60,761 nucleotides of DNA from a virus (lineage: Duplodnaviria > Caudoviricetes): positions 1-60,761 of IMG/VR virus record IMGVR_UViG_3300009514_000027. The stretch is one strand, 5' to 3'. Below are positions 50,101-58,029 of this stretch, piece after piece. Under the pieces are notes generated by a model. It did no database searches, had not been told where the DNA came from, and worked only from the letters and a program-made list of their open reading frames with translations. The stretch's first letter is position 1, and the number at the start of each line of letters is the position of its first letter. A program made the position numbers and the translations under genes.

Positions 50101-51079
50101 AAAGGGTTCAAGATATTATGCAAACATATCCACTCCTACAGACAAGGTAGCATCTTTATATATAAAGGTATATACACAACCTATGCCTAACTCTAATGAA
50201 AAGAGTATAGAGATGTTGTTTAAGAGAGATTACAGCAAAGATGGTACTACACACTACTTCAGAATAGACTCATTAGGTTATGGCTATCAATCAGAGTATG
50301 ACATCAATGATGATACTGTGAGGTCAGCATATCCCATAAACAATATTCCTAACTATAGTGCAGTTGCTAATCTTGATAATATTACAGAAAAGGATGACTA
50401 CGAAGATAGATTACAAATGGAAGCTGGAAGTGTAAATGAATTTATGGGAGAAGAAAAACCCATTACTACAAATAGAGAGTTTGAAATTGCGGATAACCTT
50501 ACTCCAATAGAACAGAATTTTACTGATGGGCAAGGAGGAAGGAAAATGCAGCCACAGTTTAAAGGAAAATCCACTATGGATTTAATTATTAGTGGGGATA
50601 GAACAAGAACTACAAGAGCTAATACTGATATTCAAAGAATGGCAAAAGATTACGGTCTTTCTAAAATATCAGATTTGGAAGGAAAAGTTATAAGAATGAC
50701 TGACAAGAAAGGAAGACAGGTGTATACAAGAATAACAAAGGTAGTTCCTTTTACTCAGGAATATCAAAATAGGACATGGCAGAAAGAAGGTTGGAACAAA
50801 GAAGTTACTGATAAACTTATAGGTAAATATCCTTATGCTATAGAATTTGAAGTAGTAAATAAAACTACTGAAAAAGGTATAGAGGTAAAACCTGGAGAAC
50901 AATTAGATTTGTTTTCTCCAGAGAGTAAAGTAGAGGTTAAAGAAGATGAATCTGCAGCAGGTCAATGGAAGACACATGGTGAGAAACTAACTGCAAAATA
51001 TGGAGTGGGGATTAAAGATGCATGGAGCAGATTTACTCCTGAAGAAAGGAAGTTTAAAATTAAGTGTTTAATAGGTTAA
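44150..51079 (+). CDS. virion-packaged DNA-dependent RNA polymerase (single polypeptide, two-barrel family)
   Basis: GFRIPTQ (from 47831) and GGDMDFDK catalytic DxDxD (47948-47962), plus TDSQAY and ESASKVG motifs. 2309 aa. Confidence 0.9.
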   Translation: MAVRCPNIQSKEWKRMLLSLGSTNAWNLFIANGESVPSMDTIDDVIRNFKNETNDIQSSVVKGLSPMEEHYAMRSIGKMIFDSILEKPNMTIDQRFESVRETLTAWEQYHRDVAEKVLEGEEQDAYLNFANSTEKLLDPEAFDQLKSKITNDVRKQLSALDFADESIDEDQKVTKGENYGKENFLIDNKRKVSRRLKGFISYIEDVIFDENNELQPRLNSFNLPMYIPFSSVYSSLSYHLANTSFDGMAAKLEAIGKYNPVIKQIADKLESLKEETGLDQVSIYKEFMTNFKKQHLKFTTTKLDQQNFKSRVFYSNRNNAESIVLSQWQEKVKVFASSKDSVLKHDANSNIFPNKERITSIVENFRSEETKITNDNSLTAREKESKTVRLTIDTLAKLGITFENNIYDVITTNPKLINFEEFTPKAFIASSKYVFKRFDNLISNKLFVEQNPFIEGEESKNFRLLAAVALSTSNAFFSTSFLNEESKNIYAISNNSFMSTTYDKLMDGNEYIEKLQKLSVYHEDSYLLEQLKNPTFKKNFEIVFKSVFNTEHSSKQGKPFQELVESERWLVKIIDFHNSGKEKGYFQTPTYGDRKVVTFVGMPKLEGRIHNGEVQGKVLDVMYRIFLSEKKSIDQATKHLEEFKNDPKKLLLNYHTGEKTGLKFHLLPFMNDFKINGIPIAEIENYEGYKTEIKKAISDYMIERVRDDIKTLERLGLYEKRNTFKEKVSKEVFFENFLLNYQAAYAGMYQIFSNNIAQSEGFTKGSKRNALILSSGTNIFHTKEDLGIKSLTVGDVKFLLRRREAIKKALTKEFEERGKNVGITIPESRVDEILSNFDDTNITDSQAYMSIKFYREFMDRFGKLTPELADILDKAESGKKISIAKFIEANSLNPVKPVYVADVYDEDLKMMVRRVYKFSAFPLFKQLTETIEEYNDLDQFRQEVENSEVDMVFYESASKVGTNNIHQFYDEEYLVNPIKKEDVQTIPWEGMFLQQENPYDEDKDSITGGSQIWKLITGDLLDPQVGDIKFDVGDKKIGAREIHQFLNDLYSTNIQEDYKALLEEFGIKEYEGTENKRYEIVSLKALKDVLLKEAVERGYSLTSLVALEIEVNNVTKEENFIIPLSFTPNSIQFESMLNSLISNRMKQHLRGRSYVQGSPNGFSTTLDQLSEGVRSKIEWAEGKSGIEYYRIGRDGKTLPMQILIPNAYKKYVKGGRLSPEFARIIGFRIPTQAFNSMMFAEVVGYLPDEAGNLMIVPHEFLKQTGGDMDFDKVYTYNRHGYNNTVPKQPQEELEREYQNFISTENWSSKAKKEIIRKNIENFDDVRGRQEWANIHEMYYSKEEGKFFMQKGAGDYVPVKYNYEQAPQENTREQRENALLDLHMSIMEHPMMLSRLIDVDTQKPITDENDAIDKTLSATKKDKHPLSITEQDKLYDSNNAGKSGRATATLHSSYHAISQYIPLQVRIYIKTKAGLMPNVAGVKFLNEKGNIIQAKKEQGNSWAGSYMLNKVRGHGGHLISDVIRWIQSATLDNATKGELGRTKLDDNTLNTAMYIARTGFGIDYIARFFRQPAIQAYSRNLNNKKAFFARYNDKMEDEVTTELLLDNVNKLRDTRVIKDESVFEKMSQIDFTDFDGVSLEEMNKFLILKEKIADNTATEEEKAIYYQGQIKIVKAFYVYKQTADNLMASMTPTNTDVKGVGKNYHAVLERVRGLDSLKDLPLIENAELLLENTFLGKVAELGVRTAKDIFTDTNILYYNTDLFKTVYDLAKDAEIFSKTGRISESRFNDLRRDFTTFLSTHNENGIFNDLFDDYATDNLRHLRQSLLFGKNSLAARLSKYRKKIKDGETIEGEWLINNLLLDITGWENTPDSIQYNSSNIEQEEAPLAENSLIEMNNSENPETRQLARDLIAYIYMTGGTVASVRGLSSIIPSSYLRRKGFGTFYNENLVILSKVSIFADRFFDQFMRNNPKYIKTIDINDITIAKGSRYYANISTPTDKVASLYIKVYTQPMPNSNEKSIEMLFKRDYSKDGTTHYFRIDSLGYGYQSEYDINDDTVRSAYPINNIPNYSAVANLDNITEKDDYEDRLQMEAGSVNEFMGEEKPITTNREFEIADNLTPIEQNFTDGQGGRKMQPQFKGKSTMDLIISGDRTRTTRANTDIQRMAKDYGLSKISDLEGKVIRMTDKKGRQVYTRITKVVPFTQEYQNRTWQKEGWNKEVTDKLIGKYPYAIEFEVVNKTTEKGIEVKPGEQLDLFSPESKVEVKEDESAAGQWKTHGEKLTAKYGVGIKDAWSRFTPEERKFKIKCLIG
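49990..50021 (+). promoter_or_regulatory. intragenic Bacteroidota-type promoter inside the RNAP gene
   Basis: TTTG (49990-49993) + 20 nt + TATCTTTG (50014-50021). Shares TTTGGTAAT and TAGTATCTTTGCA with the promoter at 16517. Confidence 0.65.
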
Positions 51080-51082
51080 GAT

Positions 51083-54000
51083 ATGAAATGTCTAAATATA
51101 AGCCATCCAGAGTTAATACAGTTATCTAAAGATACTAATATTCCAATGTATGAATTGGACTATATAGTGTCTAATTGGATGGATACTACTAAAGAGGATA
51201 GATTTCCTACTAAGGAAGAAGTATTTGAGAACAAGACTAGCATTCCTCAAGTAAACTATCAATTTAAAGGCATTAGACTGGCTGTAAACAACTATAGCAA
51301 GATATTATCTTGGGAGAAGCAAATAAAGGATAAAGATATTCTATGGGACAAAGTTCAGAAACTTGGTATTCCTAAAGAACAAGTAGAGCTTATTAGAAAC
51401 TCTGAAGGAAATACGGTAGGAGAGAAGTTATTAGATTTTATTTTTAAATATAGTTATACTGTTGAGATTAATGTTTCTACCAATAAAGATGCTGCTTCAA
51501 AAGGATTATCAGAATACGATACTGAAAACTTTACAGTAGATTCATGGAATTATCAATCAAGTTTTGATGAGGGATACAATGTAAGATACCATAAACAATT
51601 TACAGATTCTGGGGAGTGGGTTAAAATTTCAGGGGATGAGTTTGACAAAAATAGAGAAATAGCAAAGGAGGAAAAAACAAGAGAAACTCCAACTCAACAT
51701 CATTCTAATCTAACAGTTCCAGGAGGTACTAATTATACAGAGAATGCTATAAGAACAGTTGGAATAGTTAATGTTATATCTGCTGAGGGAGGTTATCACG
51801 ATAATGAATTTAATCAGTCAAGAGGGGATATGGCTGGATGGTTTAGAAGTGATGATAAATATAATAAAGAACAAGGAGATTTAGTAATTTACTATAAGGA
51901 AAATACACCTAAAGATGTTAAAGAACTTTATGATGATGTAAACAACCATAAAATTACCAATAAAGAATTTGCTGATAAAAGAGAAGACTTTTATGTAAAT
52001 AAAGGTATAGATATTAATGAATATCAAACTACAGCAAAAGAAGAATTTAAAACTCGTAGAATACTAGAATTACAATCTTTCTTTCAGAAAGGTAGAGATA
52101 AAGAAAATCTTATTTCAGAATCTAATCAAAAAATTAGTTTAAAAAATATTAATGATGCTATATCAAATCCTGAAAAATATTGGACAGAAGATATGGGTGG
52201 AGGTTATTGGTTGGCAGACTATGAATCTGTTGAACAAGGTTTTGATGTTACAGGAGGTACAAAAGAACAATTTTTAGAAAGACTTAAATCTAAAAAATTA
52301 GAATTAGAACAATCATCTGTTTCAACCGAAAACCAATTCTTACAACTCCTAAATAAAAAAAATAACTGGGTAACATTCTTTGTTAAATCTATCATCCAAG
52401 ATAGTGCTAAGAAAGGGTATGAGAAAGTATTGTTTCCTACTGGTGATACTGCTAGTAAGGTAGAAGGACATGAGACTTTAGAAGAGTTTAAGAAGCAGAA
52501 AGAAGATAGGATTAAAGAACTTGAGAAGGCAAAACTACTTGAAGATAATAAGGAATATAAAATAGAAAGGGTTGAAGAAGGACTTGGAAAGGGTAAATAC
52601 GAGCTTACCATTATTGGAAAAGCAGGGTCTCTTCTTTTTAATACAAGAGAAGAGGCTTTAATAGAGGTCAAACAAAGAAAAAGAGATATTGATATTGAAA
52701 TAACTCAACTTAAACAAGAACTTGAAAGAGTAGAAACAGAAGGATTTGGTGCTTTAAAACCTATATTTAAATTTTACAATATTGATATAAGAAATATTTT
52801 TGTAAAACAATACGGAGAATGGATAAATACAGGAGTATTAAAAAATAAATACGGTAAAGAATGGAAAGAAAAAGATTTAACTTGGCAAGAATTACAAGAC
52901 CATGTAAAAAGTGATACTTTAAAATTTATTACTGATGAATATGGTAATACTTGGATTGAAGTAACTATTACTCTTGAAAAAGCTACACAACCTATTCTTT
53001 TACAACTTACTCCAGAAGAAGAAAAACCAGTAGACGAGAAGTTAGATAAAATAATTAAGAACCTTCTTGAATCTTTAGGATTCTCTGTACAAGAATTTGA
53101 CAGGATAAGAACAGAACGAGGATTAGATGCTGTTGCCTCAGTAGATATTCTAAATAAGATAGTTAAGGTTGCCAGAGGAAAGGCAAAGATAGACACTTTA
53201 GCAGAAGAGGCTTCTCACGTAGTTTTTAGAATGCTTGGTAAAGACAATCCTATGTATCAGAGAGCAATGTCTTTGATAGATAAGACTGACCTCTACAGTC
53301 GTGTAAAGCAAGAATACTGGGAAACTTACGAAGGTAATGAGGAGAAGGTAAAAGAAGAGGCAGTAGGTAAGATGATTTCCCGTTATGTAGTCAATCAACA
53401 TCTTGAGAATGAGCGTAACAAAACTATTATAGGACAGATTATCAACACTATTAAGATGATACTTAATAGGGTGATAAATATGTTTAAGTCTGTAAATGAG
53501 GTTTCTTTACAAGAAGTTATAGACAATGCTTATGGCACTCTTGCAGAAAGAATGTTATCAGGCAAACTTGATGAATTATCTTTTGAGAATCTAAAGGATG
53601 ATGTATTCTATCAATTAGGAGACTATGAGTTATGGAAAGACTTTCCTATGAGGACTTCTAATATTGAGAAGCTTGAAACAGGAGAGAAAGGAATAACTAT
53701 TCGTCCTAACCGTTTTGAAACAGGGTATTACAAGTTTGGTAAGAACTACTACCTTGTTACTAATCTATACGATAAGAAGGTAAACATAGAAGATACTACA
53801 GATAAAGCAGACCTTAGAAAGAGATTTATAAAAGACGAGGAGATAAAGAAGGAGCATATTAAGGATTTCTTTGAAGGAAAGAACCTTATGTATGTCTATC
53901 AGATTGCTAAGGTAGATGCAGGTATTCAGGCAGAATTGGAGAAGAAAGAGGTAAAGAAGAAGGCAAAGAAACAACCTCTTAGAAAGGAAACAAGAGAAGA

Positions 54001-56938
54001 TATACTTACAGGTATTCCTAACATAGACGTATTTATAATGCGTTGGGATAATGATGTTAGGAGACTTAGGAGTAAGATTGTGCCTAACGATAAAGAACAT
54101 AATGAGAAGATACGACATCAGATATTTGCTATAGAATCTCGTATAAAGAAGCTAAAAGAGGTAAGAAAGCGTAATCTAGTAAAAGAGACTGCTGAAAGGC
54201 AAGTGGCGGATATAAAGAGAAAAATGGCTACCTATGACACTCTTGACTATAAAGGAAAGGTAGATTTCTTTATTAGAGCTTCTGAATACCTTGAAGGATG
54301 GACAGATATCTCTACACTTCTTGAAGTAGAGGAAGGAGAGGATGCTCTTAGTACACAGATAAATAATATTCAGGGAGAGGTAAAATACTTACTTGGGAAG
54401 TTAAAGATTTTAAAGTTTAACTTTGTTAAGCAATATATGGGCAAGGGAGAACTTAAAGAGTCAGATGTTCTTGGACCTTTGAATAAAACTCCTTATTGGG
54501 AGTCTGTGCTACTTGACATATCTGTAAGTTCTGTTCCTGCTGTACAAAGACTATTTTCTTTCTTTGACGATGCAAGGGCAAATGCTCTTGACAAGCATAG
54601 AGTATATAATGAAGAGGTAAAGGAGATGTATAAGGCAACACAGGAGTATATAAAGTCTTCAGGAATGTCTATGAATGATATTCTTAATCTCTTTACCCAA
54701 AGAAAGGAAAATGGTGTGTATACAAAGAACCATACTGACAAGTATAAGCAAGAATATTACGATGAACTAAATAGTAAGACAGGTAAGGTAAAGAGTAAAT
54801 GGAAGACAGACAATACTACAAGAACTGTAGACTATGTAGCTTACGAAAAAGCTAGAAAAGAAGTAGAAAGAGAGTTTAAAGACGACAACGGAGAATGGTT
54901 TGAACAGACTTCTTATCTTAACTGGGTAAGCGATTATAGTCCTGATAAGTTTGGAAATCATAGAAATGAGTTTGCTGAGTTTACTCCCATAGATAAATGG
55001 ATAGACCCAAGATGGAAGGATATAAAGGAAGGAAAGTATAAGGGAACTCATGTAGAAAAGCTGTACGACTTTTATCTTCAAAAACTGAAAGAGAGGAAGG
55101 CTAAGATTCCTAAGCATCCCAATCTTCCCTCTAACTATATGCCTGAAATTACACAATCTATCTTTGAAGCTTATACTAAAGATGGTATGTCAGGAATGTT
55201 TAGATTTGGAGGAACATCTCTTGGAGAGAAACTTAAAGAGTCTTTTGGAGCAGAAATAGAGTCTGAGGTAGACTTTGCGGTAAGAGACCTTGAAACTAAT
55301 CAGGCAGAGAAGAGAGTGCCTATCTATATGATGGCAAACCTATTAAACCCAGAAGAGAAGTCAAGAGATATCTTTAAAATATTAGATATATTTGGAGCTG
55401 TTTCTTACACCTATGAGTATAAAACTGCGATAGAAGTTCCTGTAAACATAATGAGGAAACTTCTAAAAGAGGCTACAGAGAAAGAAATGATAGGAGGTGT
55501 AGCAAAAAAAGGTATTTATGGAGAGGTTCTTAAAATAATTGAGGGTAATAAGAATACCTTTGAACAGGTAGATTACTACATAGACTCTATGCTGTATGAC
55601 ATGAAGAAGGAAAAACCTAGTATTCTGTTCAAAAGTAAGACGCTGTCCTCTGAGGATAAGGAAAGAGGGCTTAGCCTAACAAGTACAGGAGATACTCTTA
55701 TAGCTCATACTCAGTTAATGGGAATGGGACTAAACGTATTTGCCTCTGCTACTAACACTTTATTCGGAACACTTAGTAACTTTGTACATGCTGCAGGAAA
55801 CGAAGACTATACAACTGCTCACGCAATGAAAGCTTTAAGTATTGCCCTTACTACTACAGCGTTTACAAGTGAAAATGCAAAGAAGGTTAGCAGGCTTATG
55901 GAGTTTTTTCAGATAGAGTATCTGAATCTGGACACTAAGTATGGAGATGCGTGGTATAAGAAGAATATGACTGACCATGCTTTTATCCTTATGAAGAAGA
56001 CCGAGAAGTTTAACCAGATGCAGATGATGATTGCCAAAATGCTGAATACAGAAGTTATAGACAAGAATGGTAAGAAAACTAGTCTTTGGGATGCTTTTGA
56101 GGTAAAAGACGACAAACTATTCTGGGACGATGCAAAATATGGGGAGAATCAGTATGGAGACGAGACAGAAGGTAAACAAACCTTTCGTAGGAGACTGAAA
56201 CAGATTATAGCTAACCAACACGGTGCTTATGATACTGCCTTTCCTATGTTGGCTAAAAAGCATCTGGCAGGGAGAATGCTGACAGTATTTAGAACATGGT
56301 TGCCAAGGGGAGCATATACCCACATTGCTGGAGAAAGGGAAGTAGAAGGAAAGATGGAAAAAGGAAGGTTTATATCCCTTAAAGACTATTATAAGGATAA
56401 AGGGGTCATTAAAGCCTCCTACGGGCTTATCTGGGGCGTGGTAAGGAAGATGATTAACTTTGGCTTTTTTAAGACTGCAGCGTTCTCTAATGAAGGATTA
56501 TCAGATATAGACGCTGCTAACATGAGAAAGTTGTCTGCAGAGATATCTTTTGACCTTGCTATACTACTAATGGGATTGATGCTAAAGGGTATAAAGGTAG
56601 GAGACGATGACGAGGAACAGAAAGCACTTATTAAATTCCTTATTAATCAGTCTGTAAGGGTAGATTCAGAACTTGCCTTTTGGTGGAGTCCTGCTGCCCA
56701 AGCTAATATAATAAGGAACATAGCTCCTCCTCAGAGGACTATTTTACAATTTAAGGAGTTGTGGGACACAGGAACAGATGCTATTATGGGAGATGTGTAC
56801 TATACAAGAGGTTCTCACAAAGGAAGGTCTAAATTCTGGAGAAAGTTTTGGAATAACATTCCTATAGTAACACAAATTCAGAAAGTTGCAGAGCTTCCAG
56901 GTTCTACAACACACTCAGGAAGGACTAGGTATTACTAA
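51083..56938 (+). CDS. large polyvalent cargo protein
   Basis: 1951 aa. GGTNYTE...RRILELQS...KGYEKVLFP domain, degenerate zincin EEASH, ASCH-like segment, helical C-terminal region. Confidence 0.75.
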   Translation: MKCLNISHPELIQLSKDTNIPMYELDYIVSNWMDTTKEDRFPTKEEVFENKTSIPQVNYQFKGIRLAVNNYSKILSWEKQIKDKDILWDKVQKLGIPKEQVELIRNSEGNTVGEKLLDFIFKYSYTVEINVSTNKDAASKGLSEYDTENFTVDSWNYQSSFDEGYNVRYHKQFTDSGEWVKISGDEFDKNREIAKEEKTRETPTQHHSNLTVPGGTNYTENAIRTVGIVNVISAEGGYHDNEFNQSRGDMAGWFRSDDKYNKEQGDLVIYYKENTPKDVKELYDDVNNHKITNKEFADKREDFYVNKGIDINEYQTTAKEEFKTRRILELQSFFQKGRDKENLISESNQKISLKNINDAISNPEKYWTEDMGGGYWLADYESVEQGFDVTGGTKEQFLERLKSKKLELEQSSVSTENQFLQLLNKKNNWVTFFVKSIIQDSAKKGYEKVLFPTGDTASKVEGHETLEEFKKQKEDRIKELEKAKLLEDNKEYKIERVEEGLGKGKYELTIIGKAGSLLFNTREEALIEVKQRKRDIDIEITQLKQELERVETEGFGALKPIFKFYNIDIRNIFVKQYGEWINTGVLKNKYGKEWKEKDLTWQELQDHVKSDTLKFITDEYGNTWIEVTITLEKATQPILLQLTPEEEKPVDEKLDKIIKNLLESLGFSVQEFDRIRTERGLDAVASVDILNKIVKVARGKAKIDTLAEEASHVVFRMLGKDNPMYQRAMSLIDKTDLYSRVKQEYWETYEGNEEKVKEEAVGKMISRYVVNQHLENERNKTIIGQIINTIKMILNRVINMFKSVNEVSLQEVIDNAYGTLAERMLSGKLDELSFENLKDDVFYQLGDYELWKDFPMRTSNIEKLETGEKGITIRPNRFETGYYKFGKNYYLVTNLYDKKVNIEDTTDKADLRKRFIKDEEIKKEHIKDFFEGKNLMYVYQIAKVDAGIQAELEKKEVKKKAKKQPLRKETREDILTGIPNIDVFIMRWDNDVRRLRSKIVPNDKEHNEKIRHQIFAIESRIKKLKEVRKRNLVKETAERQVADIKRKMATYDTLDYKGKVDFFIRASEYLEGWTDISTLLEVEEGEDALSTQINNIQGEVKYLLGKLKILKFNFVKQYMGKGELKESDVLGPLNKTPYWESVLLDISVSSVPAVQRLFSFFDDARANALDKHRVYNEEVKEMYKATQEYIKSSGMSMNDILNLFTQRKENGVYTKNHTDKYKQEYYDELNSKTGKVKSKWKTDNTTRTVDYVAYEKARKEVEREFKDDNGEWFEQTSYLNWVSDYSPDKFGNHRNEFAEFTPIDKWIDPRWKDIKEGKYKGTHVEKLYDFYLQKLKERKAKIPKHPNLPSNYMPEITQSIFEAYTKDGMSGMFRFGGTSLGEKLKESFGAEIESEVDFAVRDLETNQAEKRVPIYMMANLLNPEEKSRDIFKILDIFGAVSYTYEYKTAIEVPVNIMRKLLKEATEKEMIGGVAKKGIYGEVLKIIEGNKNTFEQVDYYIDSMLYDMKKEKPSILFKSKTLSSEDKERGLSLTSTGDTLIAHTQLMGMGLNVFASATNTLFGTLSNFVHAAGNEDYTTAHAMKALSIALTTTAFTSENAKKVSRLMEFFQIEYLNLDTKYGDAWYKKNMTDHAFILMKKTEKFNQMQMMIAKMLNTEVIDKNGKKTSLWDAFEVKDDKLFWDDAKYGENQYGDETEGKQTFRRRLKQIIANQHGAYDTAFPMLAKKHLAGRMLTVFRTWLPRGAYTHIAGEREVEGKMEKGRFISLKDYYKDKGVIKASYGLIWGVVRKMINFGFFKTAAFSNEGLSDIDAANMRKLSAEISFDLAILLMGLMLKGIKVGDDDEEQKALIKFLINQSVRVDSELAFWWSPAAQANIIRNIAPPQRTILQFKELWDTGTDAIMGDVYYTRGSHKGRSKFWRKFWNNIPIVTQIQKVAELPGSTTHSGRTRYY

Positions 56939-56960
56939 CTTGTAAGATTATAAGAAATAA

Positions 56961-56992
56961 TTAGGTAAACATTGTAATTATACCTATCTTTG
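56961..56992 (+). promoter_or_regulatory. Bacteroidota-type promoter with no protein gene downstream
   Basis: TTAG (56961-56964) + 20 nt + TATCTTTG (56985-56992). Confidence 0.7.
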
Positions 56993-56999
56993 CACTTTA

Positions 57000-57103
57000 A
57001 ATTTAATAGACTGGCTATCTACCAGCTTATATAATATTTACGAAGCCTATTGTAAGTAGTTATTTGAGGGGTAGATACTCAAATAATGAACACAATGGGT
57101 TTC
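57000..57103 (+). ncRNA. candidate structured non-coding RNA (core; may extend to about 57390)
   Basis: Hairpin 57011-57025. Long hairpin 57042-57103 with 12-bp and 9-bp stems, two G-U pairs and an AGUA/GAA internal loop. The two loops are complementary. Promoter immediately upstream. Confidence 0.6.
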
Positions 57104-57349
57104 TGATTTTATACACTACTCTTTTTCCCACAGAAAGATGCAAACGGAGAACTTTAGCAACTACGGCTATTGGAACAGGTACTTTTTTAGTGAGTTTATT
57201 TTTCCAGGGGGGACTTTTTCTTTCTTTACTTATGCTTCTTCTATAGAACTTGTTGCTTTCGTTTCTTTCTTTTAATCTACTAATTTCCTTTCAAACTTCT
57301 AAAAATATACAGACTTTTAGAATCTAAAAACCCTTGGCTACTATTCGTT

Positions 57350-57390
57350 AGAAGGGAAAGGTAGACCGAAGCCTACCAACCCTTTTCTTT
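57350..57390. terminator. hairpin at convergence of + and - transcription units, probable terminator
   Basis: GGTAG (57360-57364)/CTACC (57373-57377) inner stem, AAGGG/CCCTT outer stem, T-rich tail, abuts the stop at 57391. Confidence 0.55.
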
Positions 57391-57702
57391 CTATGTATCT
57401 TCATCACTGACTTCTCCCCATGTATCTACATATGCATTCTGAGAAGTTTCAGATAATTCTTGTAATTGTTGTTCTAAAGTAGAGATTGTTATACAAGCGT
57501 CTTCAAATTCTCTTTGTAAGGCTTTATATTCTTTTGTAGCCCTCTGTCCTTTTATTAAGCCATTCTTATAACCGTAATTATATCCTTTGGTTAAAGAATC
57601 AAAGATAGTATCTTGTGTAAGAGGTTCTCCCTCAAAGTGGTCTTTATATATTTTTTTAAACCCATCTTGACGAAGGGTTGGATTGAACTTATTCTTATTC
57701 AT
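57391..57702 (-). CDS. hypothetical protein
   Basis: 103 aa, overlaps the upstream minus-strand ORF. Confidence 0.65.
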   Translation of the reverse strand: MNKNKFNPTLRQDGFKKIYKDHFEGEPLTQDTIFDSLTKGYNYGYKNGLIKGQRATKEYKALQREFEDACITISTLEQQLQELSETSQNAYVDTWGEVSDEDT

Positions 57703-58018
57703 TGTCTTTCATTATTTCTTTTATTGGGAAAGAGTATTTTAAACCCCACATTAAATCTATTTCTCTAAAAAACTTTTTTGCTTTTTCTTTTGTATACTTA
57801 GGAGTTGTTTTTTTTGTAAGTATTTCTATAACTCCATTTCTCCAATTTCTCCAATCATCAGATGTTTTAAAAGTCATTACCTGATACCAAGGAGTCTTTT
57901 CTTCCCACTCTTTAACATCCTCATAGCATACATTATAAGGCTTTAATTGCAAATTTATAATAGCTTTTAATAAATCTTCACTATCCTTTTTATACTTTTT
58001 TACTTTCTTTTTTGCCAT
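57695..58018 (-). CDS. hypothetical protein
   Basis: 107 aa, W-rich, A-rich start region. Confidence 0.7.
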   Translation of the reverse strand: MAKKKVKKYKKDSEDLLKAIINLQLKPYNVCYEDVKEWEEKTPWYQVMTFKTSDDWRNWRNGVIEILTKKTTPKYTKEKAKKFFREIDLMWGLKYSFPIKEIMKDNE

Positions 58019-58029
58019 AGTTTTTATGT

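Larger units (their letters stand above)
171..56938 (+). mobile_element. crAss-like (Crassvirales-type) bacteriophage virion/late gene module
   Basis: Co-oriented terminase-portal-scaffold-capsid block, IHF-like/tail tubular/tail stabilisation block, and giant cargo genes including a DxDxD virion RNAP. This gene set and order are characteristic of crAss-like phages. Bacteroidota promoter consensus recurs throughout. Confidence 0.93.

Noticed and set aside
1247-56323. Numerous minus-strand and alternate-frame ORFs of 60-210 aa within the structural module
   Set aside because: They are shadows of long + strand genes, with S/F/L-rich antisense composition and no initiation context.
171-56938. 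Stop-codon reassignment (TAG or TGA), known in some crAss-like phages
   Set aside because: Very long ORFs are intact under the standard code, and TAG ends genes cleanly right before the next start (3567, 28106, 40134).
57000-57110. Lysine riboswitch, T-box or hammerhead identity for the structured RNA
   Set aside because: It shares only the generic loop E and kissing features. The helix order differs, there is no downstream regulated gene, and there is no CUGANGA/GAAA core.
57064-57246. 60-aa + strand ORF after the last promoter
   Set aside because: The TTG start is buried in a 9-bp stem and the low-complexity product derives from T-runs. The RNA-structure explanation fits better, though a small peptide is not excluded.
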